A stretch of DNA of 64,000 bases. Origin: Lacipirellulaceae bacterium (GTDB taxonomy: Bacteria > Planctomycetota > Planctomycetia > Pirellulales > Lacipirellulaceae). This document shows positions 53,301-64,000 of the stretch, piece after piece. A program made the translations under genes and the position numbers. Where the stretch lies: the NCBI GenBank assembly GCA_963753855.1, contig CAVWDV010000003.1, positions 14,528 through 78,527 on the forward strand, read 5' to 3'. Under the pieces are notes generated by a model. That model made no database searches. It was not told the DNA's origin and saw only the letters and a list, made by a program, of their open reading frames with translations. Numbering within the stretch: position 1 is the stretch's first letter; each line of letters starts with the position of its first letter.

Positions 53301-54917
53301 ACCTGGACCATTGCTGCTGAGCTACGTGTCGCCTCGGGTGGTGAAGGCACACTGATCGTCAAGGATGGCGGGACGGTTTCCAACTCGCTGAGTTTCATTG
53401 CCAAATTCGAGGATTCAATTGGTACGGCAACCATTGGAGGCACAGGCAACCCGTCCACCTGGACGACTTCAGACAGTCTGTACGTTGGCGGATCGACCGA
53501 CACTGCTGGCGGTACCGGATCGCTCAACGTAGTTAATAACGGACTCGCGCAGGTCGACGCCACATTCAAGATCTGGACCGACGGCGCGGTGAATCTCAGT
53601 GGGGGAACGCTCACACTCAACGGGCCGCTCGAAGACGGCGGCGGCACGTTTAATTTCACCAGCGGCGTGATGAACGTCAACGATGCCACACAGGTGCTGA
53701 TCGCGGGCGGTTCCAATAACACAGTTGGTGGCCTAGTGCTCGGTTCGTCATTCGTTCTTGGTACCGGGCAGACGATTAACTTGGCCGGCAATGCCCGGGT
53801 CGATTTGGACGGGGAGCTTACTGTGGGCGGTGGGACGCTGACCGGCCCCTCGCTGTTGGTGCAGCCTGGCGGAGCGGTGGTCAGCACCGCCGGCTCCTCG
53901 ACGATCACGACTCCCGTAGTGGCTTTGGCGGGTTCCTCCATCAACGTGACCGGCGGTGATCTGACGATCGGCGACGCGACGGCGGTCAATGGTTTTTATG
54001 GCAGCGGCAGCATATCGGTGGCCGGTGGCCGCACGCTCACGCTCGAAGACTCCAACGATGCGGTGCTCGACTCCGGCATCCTGGTGGCTCTCGGCGAGGC
54101 TGCCAGCCACGCCACCCTCGCCGCCGCCAACGGCCTGACGCTTGACTTCGGCGGCAACATCACCGGCTTTGGAACCGTCAGTACGCCGAATGATCCAACT
54201 AAACCGCTGATTAACAACGGTCACATAGCCGGTAACTCGTTGCCTGATGAACCGATAACTCTGACTGGTTACGTAAAGGGCGTGGGCACGCTGGACAACG
54301 TGATAATCACAGGAACGGATGCCCCCGGCTTTTCGCCGGCGACCGTCGTGCGTGGCAGCGTGCAATATGCTGGCTTGCTGGAAATTGAAGTCGAAGGCGA
54401 CGCCGCTGGTGAATTCGACCGCATCGAACACCTTCTCGGCGCCGGAGTGGCGGACCTTGGCGGCACACTTCAGGTTGCCGCCGATCCGAACGTTGATCTG
54501 CAAATTGGCGATTCGCTGGTCTTCCTGGTCGCCAATGGAGGTGTCTTTAACTCGTTCGACACCGTGGTGTTGCCTGAACTCGCCGGCGGCCGCGCGCTTC
54601 GCCTCGTGTACGGCGAGACAATCGTCGCCCTCGAAGCCTACCTCGCCGGCGACTACAACGACGATGGTGTGGTGGGCTTGGCCGACTACACTGTCTGGCG
54701 GGACAATCTTGGCGCTGCCGAGGGGACGCTGTCTAACGACCCCAACAGCGGTCCGATCGGCACTAGTCAATATGCAACCTGGAAGGCAAACTTCGGCGCA
54801 ACCACAACGCCGTCAGGCTCACTTGCCAGTTCCAACGTGCCCGAACCGAGCACCGGCGTATTGGTTATGCTTTTCGCGCTAGCGATGGCATGTCGTAACC
54901 GCATGGCGAGACACTAA
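50326..54917 (+). CDS. large Gly/Thr-rich beta-helix (autotransporter-passenger-like) PEP-CTERM protein (two early frameshifts)
   Basis: Repeats VTVDGxxSTWTNSxxLxVGxxGxGTLNIxNGGxV; GDYNDDGVVGLADYTVWRDNLG; terminal VPEPSTGVLVML...RNR. Confidence 0.85.
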
Positions 54918-54941
54918 TGGGGGAGGTATGGTCCACTCAGC

Positions 54942-55118
54942 CAATTCGCTTCGGTGTGGACACCGCCTTCAGTTGCGCGAAGCTCTAACCAACAGCGGAT
55001 GGACCAACACCAGCAACTTGCGCCCGGCCAAACTCGCTGAGGTCTTGTCCGATATTTGACACCTCTGCGCGCTAGCGAAATCCCTTCGAGCTGGCGGGTG
55101 ATGCACCCTCAGCAGCTT
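54942..55118. repeat. phased palindrome array D
   Basis: Cores at 54951, 54995, 55039 (17-nt spacer) and 55094; periods 44, 44, 55; shares CCTTCGAGCTGGCGGGTG with array C. Confidence 0.7.
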
Positions 55119-55197
55119 AGATTTCGGACGTACGCGCAGAGTTGGGCACGGCGAAGGCTGGAGCCTATTGCTACTGTTCGAACGGTCAACGCCTCCA

Positions 55198-56276
55198 TCA
55201 CTCATCCTGTCGCAACAAATGGTTGGTTAGTGCCAGCTGGAACTCAGCGGGCCGTTCCAAAAACGGAGAGTGCCCAACATCGTCCATGACAAAACGTTTA
55301 ACGACTCCACCGCGCTGTTCGTACTGATCCAGCGCATGCGTGACTTGTGTCAACAGTGGTTGGGGCGGGAACTCCTCGTCACCGGGCCAATCGCTTCGCA
55401 GCCCGAGTTTGCCTTGCGTGCCCGCATCAGAAGGCGAATTATTGCAGATCACCGCATCGTCGGCGCCGTATACCCACAGTAGATCAGGTTTGACCGCTGC
55501 CTCAGCAAACTGAGGCAGCACCCATTGGTTGTAGAGCGGTGACATCGCGTTGATTGGGCCGTGGATACCGGGAGCGAAGCCCGGCCAATGCGGCGATTGC
55601 CGACTGTCGCCGGGAAACCGTTCGTCCCCCAGGTGGACTTGCAGCATCGCCGCCACTAGATCATCTTCGCGGGGCGGACGGAACGGAGGTTTCCAGTACA
55701 GCCGGTTGATCACTCCACGGGGAGAGAACATCTCGGATGCTTCACCGGGCTCCCCAGCTATCAAGCACTCCACTAACACCTGCAGTGCAAGTCCAGCGCC
55801 GGATCCCGTCCCGTCTGCGTGATTCAATTCGCCGCTGGCTCCCCGCGCCGCCAAAACCACAGGGTGGTCCTGGTGCGACAAGCGTTGCGGAGGCTATCCG
55901 TTCGCAGTGCCGCGCGATCATACCCCAGGTTACACACCCTCCCAAGCTGTGAGCTACAACATGGAACCGCTGCCAGTCGAACGCATCGGCAAGAGCCACC
56001 GCATCATTGACCCAGTCGGCGAAACCGCGCGTGGCGTCGTTGCCCGCCGCAGAATCGGTCAAGCCATATCCGCGCATGTCCGGCGCGTACCGATCGAAAC
56101 TGCGGCGGCAGCGATAGCATGGTCTCTTCCCAGAAAGTCGAGGTGGCCAGATTGCCATGCAAAAACAGCACGGGGTAACCCTGCACCGGACCACTGCTCA
56201 AGATATGCATCCGAAGACGGCTCGTTCGCATGAATGCCGATTCGATGCCGGGTAAATGGCTGTTCGGTGTACTCAT
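55198..56276 (-). CDS. alpha/beta hydrolase (frameshifts)
   Basis: PVLFLHGN, APDMRGYG, AHSLGG nucleophile elbow, VYGADD, GHSPFLE; ATGA overlap with the upstream ligase. Confidence 0.85.
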
Positions 56277-57820
56277 CGGTCCTGTTTTGGCAGCGACCTC
56301 TTGGCTAGAGCAAGTTTGTCGCATTTGCCGGAAGTGCCTAGCGGCATCTCATCGACAAAAACGAATTTGCTTGGACACTGGAAACGAGCGAGATGCCGTT
56401 CGCACCATGCTTGAAGGTCGGCCTCGCCTGCGGTTGCACCTTCATGAAGTTGCAAGAACGCCCAGCCGCATTCGCCCCATTTGGGATCAGGCATGCCCAT
56501 GACGGCCGCCAAGGCTACTGCCGAGTGTTCCTGGAGGACTCGTTCAACTTGGACAGGATAGACATTCTCACCGCCACTAACGTACATTTCTTTCTTCCGC
56601 CCGACGAAATAGTAGTATTCTTCCTCATCCCGCGTCATCAGATCGCCCGTCGCCAGCCAATCTTCGTCGAACGCCTGTGCGGTCGCCTGCGGGTTGTTCC
56701 AGTACCCCGCGAACACATTCGGACCTCGGATCTGGAGCTCGCCCACCTCGCCGGGACCAACCACCACACCGTCTTCGCCACACAATCGCACATCGACGAA
56801 GAAGTTTGGGAAGCCAATTGAGCCCTGCCTGCGAGTCGCATCGGCGGCGGGCAGTGAGAAACAATTGGGGCCGGCCTCGGTCAGTCCGTAGCCCTGTCGC
56901 ATGGCCACACCTCTGTCAGCATAAGCCTCGATGAGTGGCAACGGGCAAGACTCCCCTCCGAAGATGGCAAATCGAACCTTTGTCAAATCGGCCTCCGCGA
57001 AATTCGTCGCCTCTGCCATCATCCGCAGGGTCGTGGGTACCCCAAACAGAATCGTGATGCCTTCTCGACCAACCAGGCGGTTGCATTGCTCGGCGTCGAA
57101 GCGTGGTTGGAGGACCACCCGACCGCCCAACAGCATCAACGGCGTGAACAAGACGTGCCAGCCACCTGTATGGTGCAGTGGCATATTGAGGAAGGAAACG
57201 TCAGCATCTGTCAGACTCAGGCCGATGATCGTATTCAGCGCGTTCCAATGGATTTGCCGATACGTGATCATGGCACCTTTCGCGCACCCCGTCGTGCCCG
57301 AAGTATAGAGGACCATCGCCACGTCGTCTTCAGCCGCGTCATACGCCTGAAACTTGCCGGACATGGTTTCTTCTTTCGACAACACACTTGCCATACAGGC
57401 TGGCGAAGGCTCTTCCCCCGCGGCGTCAATGGCCCACACCTTAAGGCTAGTCCGAATTGGCCGGGCAGCATCAACCACGTCCGCAAATCGCAATTCGAAT
57501 ACTAATACCTTTGGTGTGCAGTCGTCCAAGAGTTCGATTATCTCACTGGCTGGTAAACGGTGGTTTAGCGGCGTTAGTATGGCGCCGATCTTGGCGCAGG
57601 CGAAGTACAGGTCCAGGTACTCCATTCGGTTCGTCGAAAGGCACGCCACACGGTCGCCCGGTTCGATGTCAAAATGGTCGAGAAGGTGCAGAGCGACACG
57701 AGTTGCTCGTTCATCAAGCTCCGCGTAGCAATATCTTCGGCCCATGCTTTCGTCGAAAACTGCTTCACAGTTAGCAGATAATTGTCGCCGACGACTCAGC
57801 CAGTCGTTGATACCCATCAT
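56273..57820 (-). CDS. long-chain acyl-CoA synthetase (AMP-binding)
   Basis: LYTSGTTGCAKG, QGYGLTEAGP, WLATGD, GRKKEMYVSGGENVYP, SGK. Confidence 0.9.
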   Translation of the reverse strand: MMGINDWLSRRRQLSANCEAVFDESMGRRYCYAELDERATRVALHLLDHFDIEPGDRVACLSTNRMEYLDLYFACAKIGAILTPLNHRLPASEIIELLDDCTPKVLVFELRFADVVDAARPIRTSLKVWAIDAAGEEPSPACMASVLSKEETMSGKFQAYDAAEDDVAMVLYTSGTTGCAKGAMITYRQIHWNALNTIIGLSLTDADVSFLNMPLHHTGGWHVLFTPLMLLGGRVVLQPRFDAEQCNRLVGREGITILFGVPTTLRMMAEATNFAEADLTKVRFAIFGGESCPLPLIEAYADRGVAMRQGYGLTEAGPNCFSLPAADATRRQGSIGFPNFFVDVRLCGEDGVVVGPGEVGELQIRGPNVFAGYWNNPQATAQAFDEDWLATGDLMTRDEEEYYYFVGRKKEMYVSGGENVYPVQVERVLQEHSAVALAAVMGMPDPKWGECGWAFLQLHEGATAGEADLQAWCERHLARFQCPSKFVFVDEMPLGTSGKCDKLALAKRSLPKQDR

Positions 57821-58274
57821 TCCAATCCCAACTAGTGCTTCTATTTAAACCGCTTGTGCTGACCGGAATTGTGCACATGACGGGAAGCATCGCATCAATT
57901 GTATTATGACTTTCTAGAGGCCTTACGATAAGCGGGTGTGAAAGTAGCAGCAAATGTAGCAGGCACATCGTCGTGAAGCATCATTGATCGAGTCCCTCCA
58001 TATCGAAACTGCTTTGGGTGGGCACGTTTCGATAGACAGCTATGGCCCCCACAAATTAGAACTTGACTACTCGACGCAAGGTCAACAGGGAGTGTCGCTA
58101 CCGCGGTGCGGACTCGTGAAGATTCTGAAGTCAAGTAGATCGAAGGAAGAGTGAGGGGGTACACTCAGCAATCCAAGGCGGTTCATCCGGTCAATGGATG
58201 CTGTAGAGCGGCTTGCGTCAGCTTACAGCGGCACAGACTGCCACCTCTTCTCCTGTCGTCGATCAAGCTGGGAG

Positions 58275-58832
58275 CTACGTTCTTCCTTGGGCGGCAAACA
58301 TCGCATCGGGTTGCAGAAGCGTGGCGTCCGCAACAATGGTCGCGTAAACTGCCAGTGCCGATGTCGCAATCACCTCCAGGATCTGCTCTTGGGTCAGATC
58401 CTGTCGCCGGAGATACCCAAAATCTTCCTCCGTGAGTTCTTCCGGCGCCGCAGCGCATTTGATGGCGAACAGTAGTATCTCGCGGATGGCGTCGGGAAGC
58501 TCGCCGCTCAAACCGTTGCGAACCGCCTCGATCATCTCGTCTTCAATGCCGAGCATTCGGCAGCAGGCAGTGTGCGCTTCCGTGCAATACTCACACTCCC
58601 GATCAGCGGACACGGCCAGGAAGATTAACTCCTTCGTTTTACGGGGCAACGAGCCCTCGAGCATCAAATGCTCGATCAAGCATGCCGTGCCGGCGGCCAA
58701 CGCCGGTGAGCCACCCAGTGTGGTGATGAAGGACGGGATTTCCGGGAATCCCATCTTCTCGGCGAATCTGTGGTAGATCTTATGGACCTCGGGAGGGGCC
58801 TCTGTAGCGGGAATCTGCGGAAAGCGTGGCAT
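58275..58832 (-). CDS. AhpD/carboxymuconolactone decarboxylase family peroxidase-related protein
   Basis: LPRKTKELIFLAVSADRECEYCTEAH (ExxxxxVSxxxxCxYCxxAH). Confidence 0.8.
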   Translation of the reverse strand: MPRFPQIPATEAPPEVHKIYHRFAEKMGFPEIPSFITTLGGSPALAAGTACLIEHLMLEGSLPRKTKELIFLAVSADRECEYCTEAHTACCRMLGIEDEMIEAVRNGLSGELPDAIREILLFAIKCAAAPEELTEEDFGYLRRQDLTQEQILEVIATSALAVYATIVADATLLQPDAMFAAQGRT

Positions 58833-58941
58833 GTCAAAGCTCCTTGGGCAGCGGAGGAGAGACGTCCGAGAGACAAGTGTGTTCGCGAATATTGATTCTA
58901 ATTGATCGCCTTCCGAAGGTCCAATCCGTGCGGACAAATCT

Positions 58942-60208
58942 CAGGGCTACTGAAAAATTGAACCTATCGATGTCGGGAAACGTAGGAGGGATGAATGGAT
59001 TAACGTTTTCGCCCTGCTAATCACGGAGGTTTGTGTTGTGAATGCCACTCACGCGGGGAGTTTGCTGCGATGCTTGCAGCAGGTTCCCGATCCGCGTGGG
59101 GCTCATGGACGGCGACACTCATTTTCGGCCATGCTGGCCACCATTGTCTGTGCCGTGTTGTGCGGTGCACGAGGTTACGAAGCGATTGCCCAGTGGATTC
59201 ATGCTCAGGACAAGAGCATTTGGTATCTGTTGGGCTACTTCAGACGCCCACCAACTGGCGGGGCGTATCGCTACCTGATGTCGAAAGTCGATCCGGAAGC
59301 ATTGGAAGCAGTTCTGCGTGTTTGGGTTCGGGAGAATACCGATCTGGATGGCGACCAGCTCGATGCACTGGCCATTGATGGCAAGACGCTCTGCAGTACG
59401 CTTGCGGAGCATGGACGCAGCATTCAACTGCTGTCGTTGTTCGACAACCACACCGGCTGTGTTCTCAGCCAGATGCAAGTTCCCACCGACACCAACGAAG
59501 CCAAGGCAGCGCTTAAGATTCTCAAGTCGTTGGTGCTCGAAGGCCGTGTGGTGACCGGCGATGCGATGTTCGCTCAACCCGAGATTTGCAGGGCCATCGT
59601 CGATTCGGGTGGCGACTACTTGCTCGTGGTGAAAGACAATCAGAAAGAACTCAAAGAGGCGATTGAAGGGGACTTCATTCGTCCCCCGCGTTTCCAAGGG
59701 AAAGTGGCCCCCCGCTACTCAGCGTGAAGCAGAGCGTTATCAACGCATAGCTCGAACCCATGCTAAGGAGCATGGGCGCGTGGTCACGCGCTGTCTCACG
59801 GCCAGCACACGCATCGTCCCTTTTCTCACTCGCTGGCCAGGTCTGGAGCAAGTCGTTCGGCTGGAACGCACTACTCGGCGCGATGGCAAGACGACCACGG
59901 AAGTTCAATACGCCATCACCAGCCTTTCGCCGCGATGTGCTGATGCGGCCAAGCTTCTCTCGTTGTGGCGAAACCATTGGGGCATCGAAAACCGAGTCCA
60001 TTGGGTGCGTGATACGTTGTGGCAGGAAGACCGATGCCGCATCAAGAGCCCACGCGGTGGTCATAATATGGCGGCCATCAGGAATGCCGCGATGAACCTA
60101 CTCCGTCTCGCCAAAACGCCCAACCTGACCGCTGCTATCAGAGAAAACGCTTACCGAGTCGACCGCCTATTCGCTAGACTGGGCATCATGAATCTTTGAA
60201 TCGTCCTG
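58942..60208 (+). mobile_element. ISAs1 family insertion sequence; transposase 59038-60199 with one frameshift near 59700
   Basis: VPDPR...RH, AIDGKTL, TNE, VTGDAMFAQ, VKDNQ, EHGR, HWGIENRVHWVRD...ED; imperfect terminal inverted repeats CAGGGCTACTGAAAAATT / AATCTTTGAATCGTCCTG. Confidence 0.9.
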
Positions 60209-60244
60209 GCTAAGTATCACCCTGTTTCGTAAGCCACCCGCCTC

Positions 60245-60395
60245 ATGTCTCAGCAAAACCTCTCTTCTTTCATCTGGGCCGTGGCCGACTTGTTGCGCGG
60301 CGATTACAACCAGTCGGAGTATGGGCCGGTGATCTTGCCGATTACTGTTTTGCAGCGGCTCGATTGTGTGCTGGATCCCACCAAGGACGCGCTGC
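60245..60395 (+). pseudogene. hsdM: type I restriction-modification M subunit, N-terminal fragment
   Basis: [43 protein letters not shown] is a typical HsdM start; similarity ends after ~50 aa. Confidence 0.75.
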
Positions 60396-60640
60396 CATTG
60401 CCGGTGTACGTGAAATTCACCGCGTTGGCGGGAAGCAAGGACATCAGGAGCACGACTAGCGTCGTGAGTGATCAACCACACATTGATCTCATCGCCGAGT
60501 CCCCACCGGTTGGTTTGCATTCGCACCGTTTGCAGATGCCATGCACATATCATAATCGCCCACTGCACGTGAATCCACGCTGGACGGGGAAGATGCCGGT
60601 GTGAAACCGGCCGAACATTGCACGGCGCGAATCGGCGCCA

Positions 60641-63600
60641 CTATAGTCGAGATCGCTTGCCAAGTACGTGCTGGAGCTCTTGGTCCAACTCGGCACTAGC
60701 TTCATCCGCTGCCAGAGCTTCGTCGAACGCCATCCGCGTAAGTGATGGCAGGTTCGACTCCTCCTCGATCGGTTCCTCTTCCGGCCGGAGTAGCAGATCG
60801 TTCGTGGCCTGTATCGGCAGTGCCTCTCGCAGAGCGGGCGCGGTTCGCCACCGCGTCCATGCCTGCGAGCCGCCGGCTAGACGTGCAAAGCCTGCATCCA
60901 GCGTTGCGTGGGCGCTAGTTCGCACCGCCACTCGATCACCATTGGCAGACCCTTGCACCGGCTGTACTTCCGCAGCTTGCAAGGACTGCGAGGCCGCGAG
61001 CGTGTCTGGCGCCGTATTCCCGAAGTTTTCCTTCCACACGGTGTAGTCTGCGTCGTCGATTACTCCACTGCCGTCCCCATCGGCACCCTCGTGGGGTAAA
61101 ACGGTACTGTTTCGCGCGTCACGCCATATGGTGTAGTCGGCAATATTGACGCGGTCGTCGCGGTTGTAGTCTCCTGTCAAAGGCTCTTCGACATTCTGTA
61201 CTGTTGCCAGGATCGTCTGCGTCGTCGTACCATCCTGGCCATCGTTCGCCTCAACGGTCACCTCGTAGACATTGTCTTCATTCGCATCCGTGGGCGACTC
61301 AAAATCGGGAGCTTCACTGAACGTCAGCACGCCGCCGCTCGTGATCGAGAAGCGGCTTTCGTCGGCACCTCCCACGATCGAGAAAGTCACGGCCTGCGAC
61401 GGCAGGTCGGCGTCGGTAGCGGTGACGGTCAGCACCTCGGTCGTATTTTCATCCACATCGACTGAGGTAGGAGACGTAAAGACCGGGTCGTTGTCGTTGA
61501 CTGGGGTGACGGTGACCAGGATCGCCTGGAAGCTGGGCGTGAAACCATCGGTAGCCTGCACAATGACGACGTAAATGCCATCGCCATTGCCATCGGTCGG
61601 CGCCTCGAAGTCGAGGCCCGCTACTAGTGTCAATTCGCCATCGCTCGTGATGTCGAATTTGCTCTGGTCCGCCCCACCGACGATGGAGAAGGTCAAATCC
61701 TGTTCGGGGAGGTCGGCGTCTGTGGCCGTGACCGTCAGCACCGCCGTTTCATTTTCCGCAACATCCACGGTATCCGGCGAAGTAAAAACGGGAATATTGT
61801 CATTGAGGGAGGTGACCGTGACGCTGATCATCTGCGTCATCATGCCGCCTGCCCCGTCGTCGGCTTGTACCGTCACCTCATAGACGTTGTCGCCACCCGC
61901 ATCCACTGGCGTTTCAAAGTCGGGTGGGTCGATGAAGCTCAGCTCGCCTCCGCTGGTGATCGAGAACTTGTCGCTATCGGCGCCGCCGACGATGGAAAAC
62001 TCGATCGACTGTTCAGGCAGGTCGTCGTCGGTGGCTGTGACCAGCAGCACGTCCGTGCTATTCTCCGGCACATCGACCGCCCCCAGCGATGTAAACATCG
62101 GCAGGTTGTCGTTGACCGGAGTTACGGTAACGTTGATCGTCTGTGTGCTCGTCCCACCATCTCCATCGCTAGCTTCGATGGTGACCTCGTACACATTTTC
62201 TGCATTCGAGTCGCTCGGAGCCTCAACATCGGGGGTTGACTGGAACGACAACTCGCCCCCCTCGGTAATTGCGAAACGCGTTTCGTCCGCTCCTCCAACA
62301 ATCGAGAACGTCACGGTTTGCGGCGGGAGGTCCGCGTCGGTAGCCGTTACCGTGAGTACGCTTGTGGTGTTCTCTGGAACTTCGACTTCGTCGGTGGAGG
62401 TGAAAACCGGGTTGGTGTTCACTTTGTTCAAGAACAGAATGCGAACAGCGCCGCGATCCGTACCGCCGACATCGGCTTGCTCGGAGCCGACGGCAAGATC
62501 GATCACCCCGTCGCCGTCGAGGTCGCCAAGCGACGTAACCGCGCTTCCGAAGGCTTCTTCGTCGACGAGCGTTGGCCCGCCCGATACGCCACTGGCAATC
62601 TTCCCGATGCTTTTCACCGTGCCGTCGGCGTTGAGATACAGTAAGTGCACAGCGCCGCGGTTGGTCCCCGCCGTGTCATCGTAAGCAGCTCCTACAGTTA
62701 AATCCTGTACCCCATCGCCGTCGATGTCACCGACCGCTTCCACGGAGAAACCGAAGTTATCGCCATCGGCGAGTGCCGGTCCGCCGCCAATGCTGCTAGC
62801 GATTATCTGATGGCTGTCGACTGTCCCGTCGGGATTCATGAAGAGTAAATAGACGGCTCCCCGCTCCGCACCATTGGTGTCGTCCCCTGCAGCACCGACG
62901 GCCAGATCGGTGACGCCGTCGCCATTGAGATCGCTAAGTGCAGTGAGCGAACGACCGAACAGGTCGTCGTTCGCGAGGACAGGACCACCCCCAACTCCGC
63001 TCGCAATCTTCTGACTACTCTTCACCGTTCCGTCCGGGTTCAGCAGCATGACATGCACCGCGCCACGGCTCGCACCGCCGGTGCTGTCGGTGAGCGAACC
63101 AACGGCCATGTCAGCGACACCGTCGCCGTCGAAATCGCCGAGCGGGGTCGCACCCCAGCCGAAGCGATCGTTGTTCGCCAAGACCGGCCCGCCGTTCAGG
63201 CCGCTGGCGATCTTGGTGCTACTCTTAACGGTGCCGTCCGCGTTCATGTTTAGCACGTACACTGCGCCACGGTTTGCGCCGCCAGTCCCGTCGCCATTCG
63301 CGCCGACTGCCAAGTCTGTGACCCCGTCGCCATCGAGGTCCCCCAGGGCCGCAATGGAGCGCCCCGAAATCGTTGTTCGCAGCAAGCGACGGGCCACCCG
63401 AGGTGTTGTGGGCGATCTTGGTTCGGTCCTTGACCGTGCCGTCGGTATTCATGAACAAAATGTGCACGGCACCACTTCGATTGCCGCCTGTCGCATCACC
63501 AATGGCGCCTACGGCCAGATCGGCAACGCCGTCACCATCGAGATCACCGATGGCTTCTGCCGAACTTCCCAGGTAGCTGCTGTCGGACAGAGCAGGCCCG

Positions 63601-64000
63601 TTGTTGAGATTGTTTCCAATCAACACGGTCTCGGTTGAATCAGCCGTACCGTCGCTCGGGCGGACGATAGCCACTTGGTAGTCCTCGATTTCGCCATCAT
63701 CGGCATACCCGGTGGAATTTGCAGCCGACCCATCGGTGCTGAGGCGGAACCGAGCGTATGTTGCGCCGGTGACGCCAAAGGGGATTGCGGGGAAGGTCAA
63801 GGTCGCAATCTCGTCAGATACGCCGGTTGGAACGGCGACGCTCGCCCGCTCCGAAAAACTGTCAAATACCCCGTCGGCGTTGTAATCAATCCAGCCGTAG
63901 AGAGTTGCCTGCGTGCCGGTGGTATTTGTCACCCAGATGTCTATCTTGGGCTCGGTCCCTTCGGTCATCAACAGGTCAGCCGCAGGATAAACAAGACCGT
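60641..64000 (-). CDS. large planctomycete surface protein with GEVED, FG-GAP (integrin-alpha-like) propeller, ~4 cadherin domains and a dockerin-like motif; 5' end outside the window, frameshift near 63370
   Basis: GWIDYNADG...TYARFRLST...GEIEDY; repeated LGDLDGDGVxDLAVGA; VTPVNDNxPxFTS...ENTTxVLTVTATDAD...DFE; GDYNRDDRVNIADYTIWRD. Confidence 0.85.

Overview
GC-rich bacterial DNA, very likely a Planctomycete of the Pirellulales/Lacipirellulaceae type, judged from the DUF1580-like gene, the BBP7-type beta-barrel and the PEP-CTERM proteins with dockerin-like motifs. Many genes carry single-base frameshifts that look like long-read indel errors rather than true pseudogenisation. Layout: (1) 1-2.6 kb, the end of an integrase-less integron cassette array (two attC sites) with an ISH3-like IS next to a truncated PIN/TA cassette. 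(2) 2.6-17.4 kb, core genes: iscS, iscA, flp pilin, queA, orphan mraZ, Ntn hydrolase, Rrf2 regulator/cysH, transaldolase, beta-barrel, MMPL transporter. (3) tRNA-Val(GAC) followed by a satellite/PICI-like integrative module (tyrosine integrase, DUF1580, prim-pol/helicase with iteron ori, TerS-like) and then a class I DISARM locus (drmD-drmMI-drmA-drmB-drmC) with extra genes inserted: a PIN-like relic, a NucC/DUF6602-like nuclease and a 576-aa coiled-coil/RelE-like protein. (4) 42-64 kb, surface and accessory cargo: three PEP-CTERM proteins, a hydrolase/acyl-CoA ligase/AhpD-like group, ISAs1, an hsdM relic and a large FG-GAP/cadherin protein. The most unexplained signal is a family of intergenic arrays of ~33-bp palindromes (consensus AACTnnCnGAGGT-N6/7 or N17-ACCTCnGnnAGTT). 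They repeat with a ~45/55-bp period at five places, each at the border of an accessory gene block. All calls come from reading the sequence by eye; no database searches were run.
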